Source of the DNA: Eledone cirrhosa
Taxonomy: Eukaryota
Reading direction: 5' to 3'
DNA: 64,000 nucleotides
Assembly: GCA_964016885.1 (NCBI GenBank)
Contig: OZ024763.1
Span: 22,878,001 to 22,942,000 of the forward strand
Position 1 is the first letter of the stretch. Each line of letters begins with the position of its first letter. Shown one piece after another: positions 15,001 to 30,000 of the stretch. The position numbers were made by a program, and so were the translations under genes. Below the pieces are notes generated by a model. It saw only the letters and a list, made by a program, of their open reading frames with translations. It made no database searches and had not been told where the DNA came from.

Positions 15001-18000
15001 CTGGCCTAATACACTGGGGTAGACTTAATCCACTTTCCTCTTCCATCAAACTACTGGCCTAATACACTGGGGTAGACTTAATCCACTTTCCCCTTCCATC
15101 AAACTACTGGCCTAATGCACTGGGGTAGACTTAATCCACTTTCCTCTTCCACCAAACTACTGGCCTAATACACTGGGGTAGACTTAATCCACTTTCCTCT
15201 TCCACCAAACTACTGGCCTAATACACTGGGGTAGACTTAATCCACTTTCCTCTTCCACCAAACTACTGGCCTAATACACTGTGGTAGACTTAATCCACTT
15301 TCCTCTTCCATCAAACTACTGGCCTAATGCACTGGGGTAGACTTAATCCACTTTCTTCTTCTACCAAACTACTGGCCTAATACACTGGGGTAGACTTAAT
15401 CCACTTTCCCCTTCCATCAAACTACTGGCCTAATGCACTGGGGTAGACTTAATCCACTTTCCTCTTCCACCAGACTACTGGCCTAATACACTGGGGTAGA
15501 CTTAATCCACTTTCCTCTTCCACCAAACTACTGGCCTAATACACTGGGGTAGACTTAATCCACTTTCCTCCTCCACCAAACTACTGGCCTAATACACTGG
15601 GGTAGACTTAATCCACTTTCCCCTTCCACCAAACTACTGTCCTAATACACTGGGGTAGACTTAATCCACTTTCACCTTACACCAAACTACTGGCCTAATA
15701 CACTGGGCTAGACTTAATCCACTTTCCTCCTCCACCAAACTACTGGCCTAATACACTGGGGTAGACTTAATCCACTTTCCTCCTCCACCAAACTACTGGC
15801 CTAATACACTGGGGTAGACTTAATCCACTTTCCCCTTCCACCAAACTACTGTCCTAATACACTGGGGTAGACTTAATCCACTTTCACCTTACACCAAACT
15901 ACTGGCCTAATACACTGGGCTAGACTTAATCCACTTTCCTCCTCCACCAAACTACTGGCCTAATACACTGGGGTAGACTTAATCCACTTTCCCCTTCCAC
16001 CAAACTACTGGCCTAATACACTGGGGTAGACTTAATCCACTTTCCTCCTCCACCAAACTACTGGCCTAATACACTGGGGTAGACTTAATCCACTTTCCCC
16101 TTCCACCAAACTACTGGCCTAATACACTGGGGTAGACTTAATCCACTTTCCTCCTCCACCAAACTACTGGCCTAATACACTGGGGTAGACTTAATCCACT
16201 TTCCCCTTCCACCAAACTACTGGCCTAATACACTGGGGTAGACTTAATCCACTTTCACCTTACACCAAACTACTGGCCTAATACACTGGGGTAGACTTAA
16301 TCCACTTTCCTCCTCCACCAAACTACTGGCCTAATACACTGGGGTAGACTTAATCCACTTTCCTCTTCCACCAAACTACTGGCCTAATACACTGGGGTAG
16401 ACTTAATCCACTTTCCCCTTCCACCAAACTACTGGCCTAATACACTGGGGTAGACTTAATCCACTTTCCCCTTCCACCAAACTACTGGCCTAATACACTG
16501 GGGTAGACTTAATCCACTTTCACCTTCCACCAAACTACTGGCCTAATACACTGGGGTAGACTTAATCCACTTTCCCCTTCCACCAAACTACTGGCCTAAT
16601 ACACTGGGGTAGACTTAATCCACTTTCCCCTTCCACCAAACTACTGGCCTAATACACTGGGGTAGACTTAATCCACTTTCACCTTACACCAAACTACTGG
16701 CCTAATACACTGGGCTAGACTTAATCCACTTTCCTCCTCCACCAAACTACTGGCCTAATACACTGGGGTAGACTTAATCCACTTTCCTCCTCCACCAAAC
16801 TACTGGCCTAATACACTGGGGTAGACTTAATCCACTTTCCCCTTCCACCAAACTACTGTCCTAATACACTGGGGTAGACTTAATCCACTTTCACCTTACA
16901 CCAAACTACTGGCCTAATACACTGGGCTAGACTTAATCCACTTTCCTCCTCCACCAAACTACTGGCCTAATACACTGGGGTAGACTTAATCCACTTTCCC
17001 CTTCCACCAAACTACTGGCCTAATACACTGGGGTAGACTTAATCCACTTTCCTCCTCCACCAAACTACTGGCCTAATACACTGGGGTAGACTTAATCCAC
17101 TTTCCCCTTCCACCAAACTACTGGCCTAATACACTGGGGTAGACTTAATCCACTTTCCTCCTCCACCAAACTACTGGCCTAATACACTGGGGTAGACTTA
17201 ATCCACTTTCCCCTTCCACCAAACTACTGGCCTAATACACTGGGGTAGACTTAATCCACTTTCACCTTACACCAAACTACTGGCCTAATACACTGGGGTA
17301 GACTTAATCCACTTTCCTCCTCCACCAAACTACTGGCCTAATACACTGGGGTAGACTTAATCCACTTTCCTCTTCCACCAAACTACTGGCCTAATACACT
17401 GGGGTAGACTTAATCCACTTTCCCCTTCCACCAAACTACTGGCCTAATACACTGGGGTAGACTTAATCCACTTTCCCCTTCCACCAAACTACTGGCCTAA
17501 TACACTGGGGTAGACTTAATCCACTTTCACCTTCCACCAAACTACTGGCCTAATACACTGGGGTAGACTTAATCCACTTTCCCCTTCCATCAAACTACTG
17601 GCCTAATACACTGGGGTAGACTTAATCCACTTTCCCCTTCCACCAAACTACTGGCCTAATACACTGGGGTAGACTTAATCCACTTTCCCCTTCCACCAAA
17701 CTACTGGCCTAATACACTGGGGTAGACTTAATCCACTTTCACCTTACACCAAACTACTGGCCTAATACACTGGGGTAGACTTAATCCACTTTCCTCCTCC
17801 ACCAAACTACTGGCCTAATACACTGGGGTAGACTTAATCCACTTTCCCCTTCCACCAAACTACTGGCCTAATACACTGTGGTAGACTTAATCCACTTTCC
17901 CCTTCCATCAAACTACTGGCCTAATACACTGGGGTAGACTTAATCCACTTTCACCTTACACCAAACTACTGGCCTAATACACTGGGGTAGACTTAATCCA

Positions 18001-21000
18001 CTTTCCCCTTCCACCAAACTACTGGCCTAATACACTGGGGTAGACTTAATCCACTTTCCCCTTCCACCAAACTACTGGCCTAATACACTGGGGTAGACTT
18101 AATCCACTTTCCCCTTCCACCAAACTACTGGCCTAATACACTGGGGTAGACTTAATCCACTTTCCCCTTACACCAAACTACTGGCCTAATACACTGGGGT
18201 AGACTTAATCCACTTTCCCCTTCCACCAAACTACTGGCCTAATACACTGGGGTAGACTTAATCCACTTTCCTCCTCCATCAAACTACTGGCCTAATACAC
18301 TGGGGTAGACTTAATCCACTTTCCTCTTCCATCAAACTACTGGCCTAATACACTGGGGTAGACTTAATCCACTTTCCTCTTCCATCAAACTACTGGCCTA
18401 ATACACTGGGGTAGACTTAATCCACTTTCCTCTTCCATCAAACTACTGGCCTAATACACTGGGGTAGACTTAATCCACTTTCCCCTTCCACCAAACTACT
18501 GGCCTAATACACTGGGGTAGACTTAATCCACTTTCCTCTTCCATCAAACTACTGGCCTAATACACTGGGGTAGACTTAATCCACTTTCCTCTTCCACCAA
18601 ACTACTGGCCTAATACACTGGGGTAGACTTAATCCACTTTCCTCTTCCATCAAACTACTGGCCTAATACACTGGGGTAGACTTAATCCACTTTCCTCTTC
18701 CATCAAACTACTGGCCTAATACACTGGGGTAGACTTAATCCACTTTCCCCTTCCACCAAACTACTGGCCTAATACACTGGGGTAGACTTAATCCACTTTC
18801 CTCTTCCATCAAACTACTGGCCTAATACACTGGGGTAGACTTAATCCACTTTCCTCTTCCACCAAACTACTGGCCTAATACACTGGGGTAGACTTAATCC
18901 ACTTTCCTCTTCCATCAAACTACTGGCCTAATACACTGGGGTAGACTTAATCCACTTTCCTCTTCCATCAAACTACTGGCCTAATACACTGGGGTAGACT
19001 TAATCCACTTTCCCCTTCCACCAAACTACTGGCCTAATACACTGGGGTAGACTTAATCCACTTTCCTCCTCCATCAAACTACTGGCCTAATACACTGGGG
19101 TAGACTTAATCCACTTTCCTCTTCCATCAAACTACTGGCCTAATACACTGGGGTAGACTTAATCCACTTTCCCCTTCCACCAAACTACTGGCCTAATACA
19201 CTGGGGTAGACTTAATCCACTTTCCTCCTCCATCAAACTACTGGCCTAATACACTGGGGTAGACTTAATCCACTTTCCTCTTCCATCAAACTACTGGCCT
19301 AATACACTGGGGTAGACTTAATCCACTTTCCTCTTCCATCAAACTACTGGCCTAATACACTGGGGTAGACTTAATCCACTTTCCCCTTCCACCAAACTAC
19401 TGGCCTAATACACTGGGGTAGACTTAATCCACTTTCCTCCTCCATCAAACTACTGGCCTAATACACTGGGGTAGACTTAATCCACTTTCCTCTTCCATCA
19501 AACTACTGGCCTAATACACTGGGGTAGACTTAATCCACTTTCCTCTTCCATCAAACTACTGGCCTAATACACTGGGGTAGACTTAATCCACTTTCCCCTT
19601 CCACCAAACTACTGGCCTAATACACTGGGGTAGACTTAATCCACTTTCCTCCTCCATCAAACTACTGGCCTAATACACTGGGGTAGACTTAATCCACTTT
19701 CCTCTTCCATCAAACTACTGGCCTAATACACTGGGGTAGACTTAATCCACTTTCCTCTTCCATCAAACTACTGGCCTAATACACTGGGGTAGACTTAATC
19801 CACTTTCCCCTTCCACCAAACTACTGGCCTAATACACTGGGGTAGACTTAATCCACTTTCCTCCTCCATCAAACTACTGGCGTAATACACTGGGGTAGAC
19901 TTAATCCACTTTCCTCTTCCATCAAACTACTGGCCTAATACACTGGGGTAGACTTAATCCACTTTCCTCTTCCATCAAACTACTGGCCTAATACACTGGG
20001 GTAGACTTAATCCACTTTCCCCTTCCACCAAACTACTGGCCTAATACACTGGGGTAGACTTAATCCACTTTCCTCTTCCACCAAACTACTGGCCTAATAC
20101 ACTGGGGTAGACTTAATCCACTTTCCCCTTCCACCAAACTACTGGCCTAATACACTGGGGTAGACTTAATCCACTTTCACCTTACACCAAACTACTGGCC
20201 TAATACACTGGGGTAGACTTAATCCACTTTCCCCTTCCACCAAACTACTGGCCTAATACACTGGGGTAGACTTAATCCACTTTCCTCCTCCACCAAACTA
20301 CTGGCCTAATACACTGGGGTAGACTTAATCCACTTTCCTCCTCCACCAAACTACTGGCCTAATACACTGGGGTAGACTTAATCCACTTTCCCCTTCCACC
20401 AAACTACTGGCCTAATACACTGGGGTAGACTTAATCCACTTTCCCCTTCCACCAAACTACTGGCCTAATACACTGGGGTAGACTTAATCCACTTTCCCCT
20501 TCCACCAAACAACTGGCCTAATACACTGGGGTAGACTTAATCCACTTTCCCCTTCCACCAAACTACTGGCCTAATTCACTGGGGTAGACTTAATCCACTT
20601 TCCCCTTCCACCAAACTACTGGCCTAATTCACTGGGGTAGACTTAATCCACTTTCCCCTTCCACCAAACTACTGGCCTAATACACTGGGGTAGACTTTAT
20701 CCACTTTCCCCTTCCACCAAACTACTGGCCTAATACACTGGGGTAGACTTAATCCACTTTCCCCTTCCACCAAACTACTGGCCTAATACACTGGGGTAGA
20801 CTTTATCCACTTTCCCCTTCCACCAAACTACTGGCCTAATACACTGGGGTAGACTTAATCCACTTTCCTCCTCCACCAAACTACTGGCCTAATACACTGG
20901 GGTAGACTTAATCCACTTTCCCCTTCCACCAAACTACTGGCCTAATACACTGGGGTAGACTTTATCCACTTTCCCCTTCCACCAAACTACTGGCCTAATA

Positions 21001-24000
21001 CACTGGGGTAGACTTAATCCACTTTCCCCTTCCACCAAACTACTGGCCTAATACACTGGGGTAGACTTTATCCACTTTCCCCTTCCACCAAACTACTGGC
21101 CTAATACACTGGGGTAGACTTAATCCACTTTCCTCCTCCACCAAACTACTGGCCTAATACACTGGGGTAGACTTAATCCACTTTCCTCCTCCACCAAACT
21201 ACTGGCCTAATACACTGGGGTAGACTTAATCCACTTTCCTCCTCCACCAAACTACTGGCCTAATACACTGGGGTAGACTTAATCCACTTTCACCTTACAC
21301 CAAACTACTGGCCTAATACACTGGGGTAGACTTAATCCACTTTCCCCTTCCACCAAACTAATGGCCTAATACACTGGGGTAGACTTAATCCACTTTCCTC
21401 CTCCACCAAACTACTGGCCTAATACACTGGGGTAGACTTAATCCACTTTCCCCTTCCACCAAACTACTGGCCTAATACACTGGGGTAGACTTAATCCACT
21501 TTCCCCTTCCATCAAACTACTGGCCTAATACACTGGGGTAGACTTAATCCACTTTCCCCTTCCATCAAACTACTGGCCTAATACACTGGGGTAGACTTAA
21601 TCCACTTTCCTCCTCCACCAAACTACTGGCCTAATACACTGGGGTAGACTTAATCCACTTTCCCCTTCCACCAAACTACTGGCCTAATACACTGGGGTAG
21701 ACTTAATCCACTTTCCCCTTCCACCAAGCTACTGGCCTAATACACTGGGGTAGACTTAATCCACTTTCACCTTACACCAAACTACTGGCCTAATACACTG
21801 GGGTAGACTTAATCCACTTTCCCCTTCCACCAAACTACTGTCCTAATACACTGGGATAGACTTAATCCACTTTCACCTTACACCAAACTACTGGCCTAAT
21901 ACACTGGGGTAGACTTAATCCACTTTCCCCTTCCACCAAACTACTGGCCTAATACACTGGGGTAGACTTAATCCACTTTCCCCTTCCACCAAACTACTGT
22001 CCTAATACACTGGGATAGACTTAATCCACTTTCACCTTACACCAAACTACTGGCCTAATACACTGGGGTAGACTTAATCCACTTTCCCCTTCCACCAAAC
22101 TACTGGCCTAATACACTGGGGTAGACTTAATCCACTTTCCCCTTCCACCAAACTACTGGCCTAATACAATGGGGTAGACTTAATCCACTTTCCTCCTCCA
22201 CCAAACTACTGGCCTAATACACTGGGGCAGACTTAATCCACTTTCCCCTTCCACCAAACTACTGGCCTAATACACTGGCGTAGACTTAATCCACTTTCCC
22301 CTTCCACCAAACAACTGGCCTAATACACTGGGGTAGACTTAATCCACTTTCCCCTTCCACCAAACTACTGGCCTAATACACTGGGGTAGACTTAATCCAC
22401 TTTCCCCTTCCACCAAACTACTGGCCTAATACAATGGGGTAGACTTAATCCACTTTCCTCCTCCACCAAACTACTGGCCTAATACACTGGGGTAGACTTA
22501 ATCCACTTTCCCCTTCCACCAAGCTACTGGCCTAATACACTGGGGTAGACTTAATCCACTTTCACCTTACACCAAACTACTGGCCTAATACACTGGGGTA
22601 GACTTAATCCACTTTCCCCTTCCACCAAACTACTGTCCTAATACACTGGGATAGACTTAATCCACTTTCCCCTTCCACCAAACTACTGGCCTAATACAAT
22701 GGGGTAGACTTAATCCACTTTCCTCCTCCACCAAACTACTGGCCTAATACACTGGGGTAGACTTAATCCACTTTCCCCTTCCACCAAACTACTGGCCTAA
22801 TACACTGGGGTAGACTTAATCCACTTTCACCTTACACCAAACTACTGGCCTAATACACTGGGGTAGACTTAATCCACTTTCCCCTTCCACCAAACTACTG
22901 GCCTAATACACTGGGGTAGACTTAATCCACTTTCACCTTACACCAAACTACTGGCCTAATACACTGGGGTAGACTTAATCCACTTTCCCCTTCCACCAAA
23001 CTACTGGCCTAATACACTGGGGTAGACTTAATCCACTTTCACCTTACACCAAACTACTGGCCTAATACACTGGGGTAGACTTAATCCACTTTCCCCTTCC
23101 ACCAAACTACTGGCCTAATACACTGGGGTAGACTTAATCCACTTTCCTCTATCATCAAACTACTGGCCTAATACACTGGGGTAGACTTAATCCACTTTCC
23201 CCTTCCACCAAACTACTGGCCTAATACACTGGGGTAGACTTAATCCACTTTCCCCTTCCACCAAACTACTGGCCTAATACACTGGGGTAGACTTAATCCA
23301 CTTTCCCCTTCCACCAAACTACTGGCCTAATACACTGGGGTAGACTTAATCCACTTTCCCCTTCCACCAAACTACTGGCCTAATACACTGGGGTAGACTT
23401 AATCCACTTTCCCCTTCCACCAAACTACTGGCCTAATACACTGGGGTAGACTTAATCCACTTTCCCCTTCCACCAAACTACTGGCCTAATACACTGGGGT
23501 AGACTTAATCCACTTTCCCCTTCCACCAAACTACTGGCCTAATACACTGGGGTAGACTTAATCCACTTTCCCCTTCCACCAAACTACTGGCCTAATACAC
23601 TGGGGTAGACTTAATCCACTTTCCCCTACCACCAAACTACTGGCCTAATACACTGGGGTAGACTTAATCCACTTTCCTCTTCCATCAAACTACTGGCCTA
23701 ATACACTGGGGTAGACTTAATCCACTTCCCCTTCCACCAAACTACTGGCCTAATACACTGGGGTAGACTTAATCCACTTTCCTCTTCCATCAAACTACTG
23801 GCCTAATACACTGGGGTAGACTTAATCCACTTTCCCCTTCCACCAAACTACTGGCCTAATACACTGGGGTAGACTTAATCCACTTTCCTCTTCCATCAAA
23901 CTACTGGCCTAATACACTGGGGTAGACTTAATCCACTTTCCCCTTCCACCAAACTACTGGCCTAATACACTGGGGTAGACTTAATCCACTTTCACCTTAC

Positions 24001-27000
24001 ACCAAACTACTGGCCTAATACACTGGGGTAGACTTAATCCACTTTCCCCTTCCACCAAACTACTGGCCTAATACACTGGGGTAGACTTAATCCACTTTCC
24101 TCCTCCACCAAACTACTGGCCTAATACACTGGGGTAGACTTAATCCACTTTCCCCTTCCACCAAACTACTGGCCTAATACACTGGGGTAGACTTAATCCA
24201 CTTTCCCCTTCCACCAAACAACTGGCCTAATACACTGGGGTAGACTTAATCCACTTTCCCCTTCCACCAAACTACTGGCCTAATACACTGGGGTAGACTT
24301 AATCCACTTTCACCTTACACCAAACTACTGGCCTAATACACTGGGGTAGACTTAATCCACTTTCCTCTTCCATCAAACTACTGGCCTAATACACTGGGGT
24401 AGACTTAATCCACTTTCCCCTTCCATCAAACTACTGGCCTAATGCACTGGGGTAGACTTAATCCACTTTCCTCTTCCACCAAACTACTGGCCTAATACAC
24501 TGGGGTAGACTTAATCCACTTTCCTCTTCCACCAAACTACTGGCCTAATACACTGGGGTAGACTTAATCCACTTTCCTCTTCCACCAAACTACTGGCCTA
24601 ATACACTGTGGTAGACTTAATCCACTTTCCTCTTCCATCAAACTACTGGCCTAATGCACTGGGGTAGACTTAATCCACTTTCTTCTTCTACCAAACTACT
24701 GGCCTAATACACTGGGGTAGACTTAATCCACTTTCCCCTTCCATCAAACTACTGGCCTAATGCACTGGGGTAGACTTAATCCACTTTCCTCTTCCACCAG
24801 ACTACTGGCCTAATACACTGGGGTAGACTTAATCCACTTTCCTCTTCCACCAAACTACTGGCCTAATACACTGGGGTAGACTTAATCCACTTTCCTCCTC
24901 CACCAAACTACTGGCCTAATACACTGGGGTAGACTTAATCCACTTTCCCCTTCCACCAAACTACTGTCCTAATACACTGGGGTAGACTTAATCCACTTTC
25001 ACCTTACACCAAACTACTGGCCTAATACACTGGGCTAGACTTAATCCACTTTCCTCCTCCACCAAACTACTGGCCTAATACACTGGGGTAGACTTAATCC
25101 ACTTTCCCCTTCCACCAAACTACTGGCCTAATACACTGGGGTAGACTTAATCCACTTTCCTCCTCCACCAAACTACTGGCCTAATACACTGGGGTAGACT
25201 TAATCCACTTTCCCCTTCCACCAAACTACTGGCCTAATACACTGGGGTAGACTTAATCCACTTTCCTCCTCCACCAAACTACTGGCCTAATACACTGGGG
25301 TAGACTTAATCCACTTTCCCCTTCCACCAAACTACTGGCCTAATACACTGGGGTAGACTTAATCCACTTTCACCTTACACCAAACTACTGGCCTAATACA
25401 CTGGGGTAGACTTAATCCACTTTCCTCCTCCACCAAACTACTGGCCTAATACACTGGGGTAGACTTAATCCACTTTCCTCTTCCACCAAACTACTGGCCT
25501 AATACACTGGGGTAGACTTAATCCACTTTCCCCTTCCACCAAACTACTGGCCTAATACACTGGGGTAGACTTAATCCACTTTCCCCTTCCACCAAACTAC
25601 TGGCCTAATACACTGGGGTAGACTTAATCCACTTTCACCTTCCACCAAACTACTGGCCTAATACACTGGGGTAGACTTAATCCACTTTCCCCTTCCATCA
25701 AACTACTGGCCTAATACACTGGGGTAGACTTAATCCACTTTCCCCTTCCACCAAACTACTGGCCTAATACACTGGGGTAGACTTAATCCACTTTCCCCTT
25801 CCACCAAACTACTGGCCTAATACACTGGGGTAGACTTAATCCACTTTCACCTTACACCAAACTACTGGCCTAATACACTGGGGTAGACTTAATCCACTTT
25901 CCTCCTCCACCAAACTACTGGCCTAATACACTGGGGTAGACTTAATCCACTTTCCCCTTCCACCAAACTACTGGCCTAATACACTGTGGTAGACTTAATC
26001 CACTTTCCCCTTCCATCAAACTACTGGCCTAATACACTGGGGTAGACTTAATCCACTTTCACCTTACACCAAACTACTGGCCTAATACACTGGGGTAGAC
26101 TTAATCCACTTTCCCCTTCCACCAAACTACTGGCCTAATACACTGGGGTAGACTTAATCCACTTTCCCCTTCCACCAAACTACTGGCCTAATACACTGGG
26201 GTAGACTTAATCCACTTTCCCCTTCCACCAAACTACTGGCCTAATACACTGGGGTAGACTTAATCCACTTTCCCCTTACACCAAACTACTGGCCTAATAC
26301 ACTGGGGTAGACTTAATCCACTTTCCCCTTCCACCAAACTACTGGCCTAATACACTGGGGTAGACTTAATCCACTTTCCTCCTCCATCAAACTACTGGCC
26401 TAATACACTGCGGTAGACTTAATCCACTTTCCTCTTCCATCAAACTACTGGCCTAATACACTGGGGTAGACTTAATCCACTTTCCTCTTCCATCAAACTA
26501 CTGGCCTAATACACTGGGGTAGACTTAATCCACTTTCCCCTTCCACCAAACTACTGGCCTAATACACTGGGGTAGACTTAATCCACTTTCCTCCTCCATC
26601 AAACTACTGGCCTAATACACTGGGGTAGACTTAATCCACTTTCCTCTTCCATCAAACTACTGGCCTAATACACTGGGGTAGACTTAATCCACTTTCCTCT
26701 TCCATCAAACTACTGGCCTAATACACTGGGGTAGACTTAATCCACTTTCCTCTTCCATCAAACTACTGGCCTAATACACTGAGGTAGACTTAATCCACTT
26801 TCCTCCTCCACCAAACTAATGGCCTAATACACTGGGGTAGACTTAATCCACTTTCCCCTTCCACCAAACTACTGGCCTAATACACTGGGGTAGACTTAAT
26901 CCACTTTCCTCCTCCACCAAACTACTGGCCTAATACACTGGGGTAGACTTAATCCACTTTCCTCTTCCACCAAACTACTGGCCTAATACACTGGGGTAGA

Positions 27001-30000
27001 CTTAATCCACTTTCCTCCTCCACCAAACTACTGGCCTAATACACTGCTGTAGACTTAATCCACTTTCCCCTTCCACCAAACTACTGGCCTAATACACTGG
27101 GGTAGACTTAATCCACTTTCCCCTTCCACCAAACTACTGGCCTAATACACTGGGGTAGACTTAATCCACTTTCCCCTTCCACCAAACTACTGGCCTAATA
27201 CACTGGGGTAGACTTAATCCACTTTCCTCCTCCACCAAACTACTGGCCTAATACACTGGGGTAGACTTAATCCACTTTCCCCTTCCACCAAACTACTGGC
27301 CTAATACACTGGGGTAGACTTAATCCACTTTCACCTTACACCAAACTACTGGCCTAATACACTGGGGTAGACTTAATCCACTTTCCCCTTCCACCAAACT
27401 ACTGGCCTAATACACTGGGGTAGACTTAATCCACTTTCACCTTACACCAAACTACTGGCCTAATACACTGGGGTAGACTTAATCCACTTTCCCCTTCCAC
27501 CAAACTACTGGCCTAATACACTGGGGTAGACTTAATCCACTTTCACCTTACACCAAACTACTGGCCTAATACACTGGGGTAGACTTAATCCACTTTCCCC
27601 TTCCACCAAACTACTGGCCTAATACACTGGGGTAGACTTAATCCACTTTCCCCTTCCACCAAACTACTGGCCTAATACACTGGGGTAGACTTAATCCACT
27701 TTCCTCCTCCACCAAACTACTGGCCTAATACACTGGGGTAGACTGAATCCACTTTCCTCTTCCATCAAACTACTGGCCTAATACACTGGGGTAGACTTAA
27801 TCCACTTTCCCCTTCCACCAAACTACTGGCCTAATACACTGGGGTAGACTTAATCCACTTTCCTCCTCCACCAAACTACTGGCCTAATACACTGGGGTAG
27901 ACTTAATCCACTTTCCCCTTCCACCAAACTACTGGCCTAATACACTGGGGTAGACTTAATCCACTTTCCTCCTCCACCAAACTACTGGCCTAATACACTG
28001 GGGTAGACTTAATCCACTTTCCCCTTCCACCAAACTACTGTCCTAATACACTGGGGTAGACTTAATCCACTTTCACCTTACACCAAACTACTGGCCTAAT
28101 ACACTGGGGTAGACTTAATCCACTTTCCCCTTCCACCAAACTACTGTCCTAATACACTGGGGTAGACTTAATCCACTTTCACCTTACACCAAACTACTGT
28201 CCTAATACACTGGGGTAGACTTAATCCACTTTCCCCTTCCACCAAACTACTGGCCTAATACACTGGGGTAGACTTAATCCACTTTCCTCCTCCACCAAAC
28301 TACTGGCCTAATACACTGGGGTAGACTGAATCCACTTTCCTCTTCCATCAAACTACTGGCCTAATACACTGGGGTAGACTTAATCCACTTTCCCCTTCCA
28401 CCAAACTACTGGCCTAATACACTGGGGTAGACTTAATCCACTTTCCTCCTCCACCAAACTACTGGCCTAATACACTGGGGTAGACTTAATCCACTTTCCT
28501 CCTCCACCAAACTACTGGCCTAATACACTGGGGTAGACTGAATCCACTTTCACCTTCCACCAAACTACTGGCCTAATACACTGGGGTAGACTTAATCCAC
28601 TTTCCTCCTCCACCAAACTACTGGCCTAATACACTGGGGTAGACTTAATCCACTTTCCCCTTCCACCAAACTACTGGCCTAATACACTGGGGTAGACTTA
28701 ATCCACTTTCCCCTTCCACCAAACTACTGGCCTAATACACTGGGGTAGACTTAATCCACTTTCACCTTCCACCAAACTACTGGCCTAATACACTGGGGTA
28801 GACTTAATCCACTTTCCCCTTCCACCAAACTACTAGCCTAATACACTGGGGTAGACTTAATCCACTTTCCCCTTCCACCAAACTACTGGCCTAATACACT
28901 GGGGTAGACTTAATCCACTTTGCCCTTCCACCAAACTACTGGCCTAATACACTGGGGTAGACTTAATCCACTTTCCCCTTCCACCAAACTACTGGTCTAA
29001 TACACTGGGGTAGACTTAATCCACTTTCCCCTTCCACCAAACTACTGGCCTAATACACTGGGGTAGACTTAATCCACTTTGCCCTTCCACCAAACTACTG
29101 GCCTAATACACTGGGGTAGACTGAATCCACTTTCCCCTTCCACCAAACTACTGGCCTAATACACTGGGGTAGACTTAATCCACTTTCCCCTTCCACCAAA
29201 CTACTGGCCTAATACACTGGGGTAGACTTAATCCACTTTCACCTTCCACCAAACTACTGGCCTAATACACTGGGGTAGACTTAATCCACTTTCCCCTTCC
29301 ACCAAACTACTGGCCTAATACACTGGGGTAGACTTAATCCACTTTCCCCTTCCACCAAACTACTGGCCTAATACACTGGGGTAGACTTAATCCACTTTCC
29401 CCTTCCACCAAACTACTGTCCTAATACACTGGGGTAGACTTAATCCACTTTCACCTTACACCAAACTACTGTCCTAATACACTGGGGTAGACTTAATCCA
29501 CTTTCCCCTTCCACCAAACTACTGGCCTAATACACTGGGGTAGACTTAATCCACTTTCCTCCTCCACCAAACTACTGGCCTAATACACTGGGGTAGACTT
29601 AATCCACTTTCCCCTTCCACCAAACTACTGGCCTAATACACTGGGGTAGACTTAATCCACTTTCCTCCTCCACCAAACTACTGGCCTAATACACTGGGGT
29701 AGACTTAATCCACTTTCCTCCTCCACCAAACTACTGGCCTAATACACTGGGGTAGACTTAATCCACTTTCACCTTCCACCAAACTACTGTCCTAATACAC
29801 TGGGTTAGACTTAATCCACTTTCCCCTTCCACCAAACTACTGGCCTAATACACTGGGGTAGACTTAATCCACTTTGCCCTTCCACCAAACTACTGGCCTA
29901 ATACACTGGGGTAGACTTAATCCACTTTCCTCTTCCACCAAACTACTGTCCTAATACACTGGGTTAGACTTAATCCACTTTCCCCTTCCACCAAACTACT

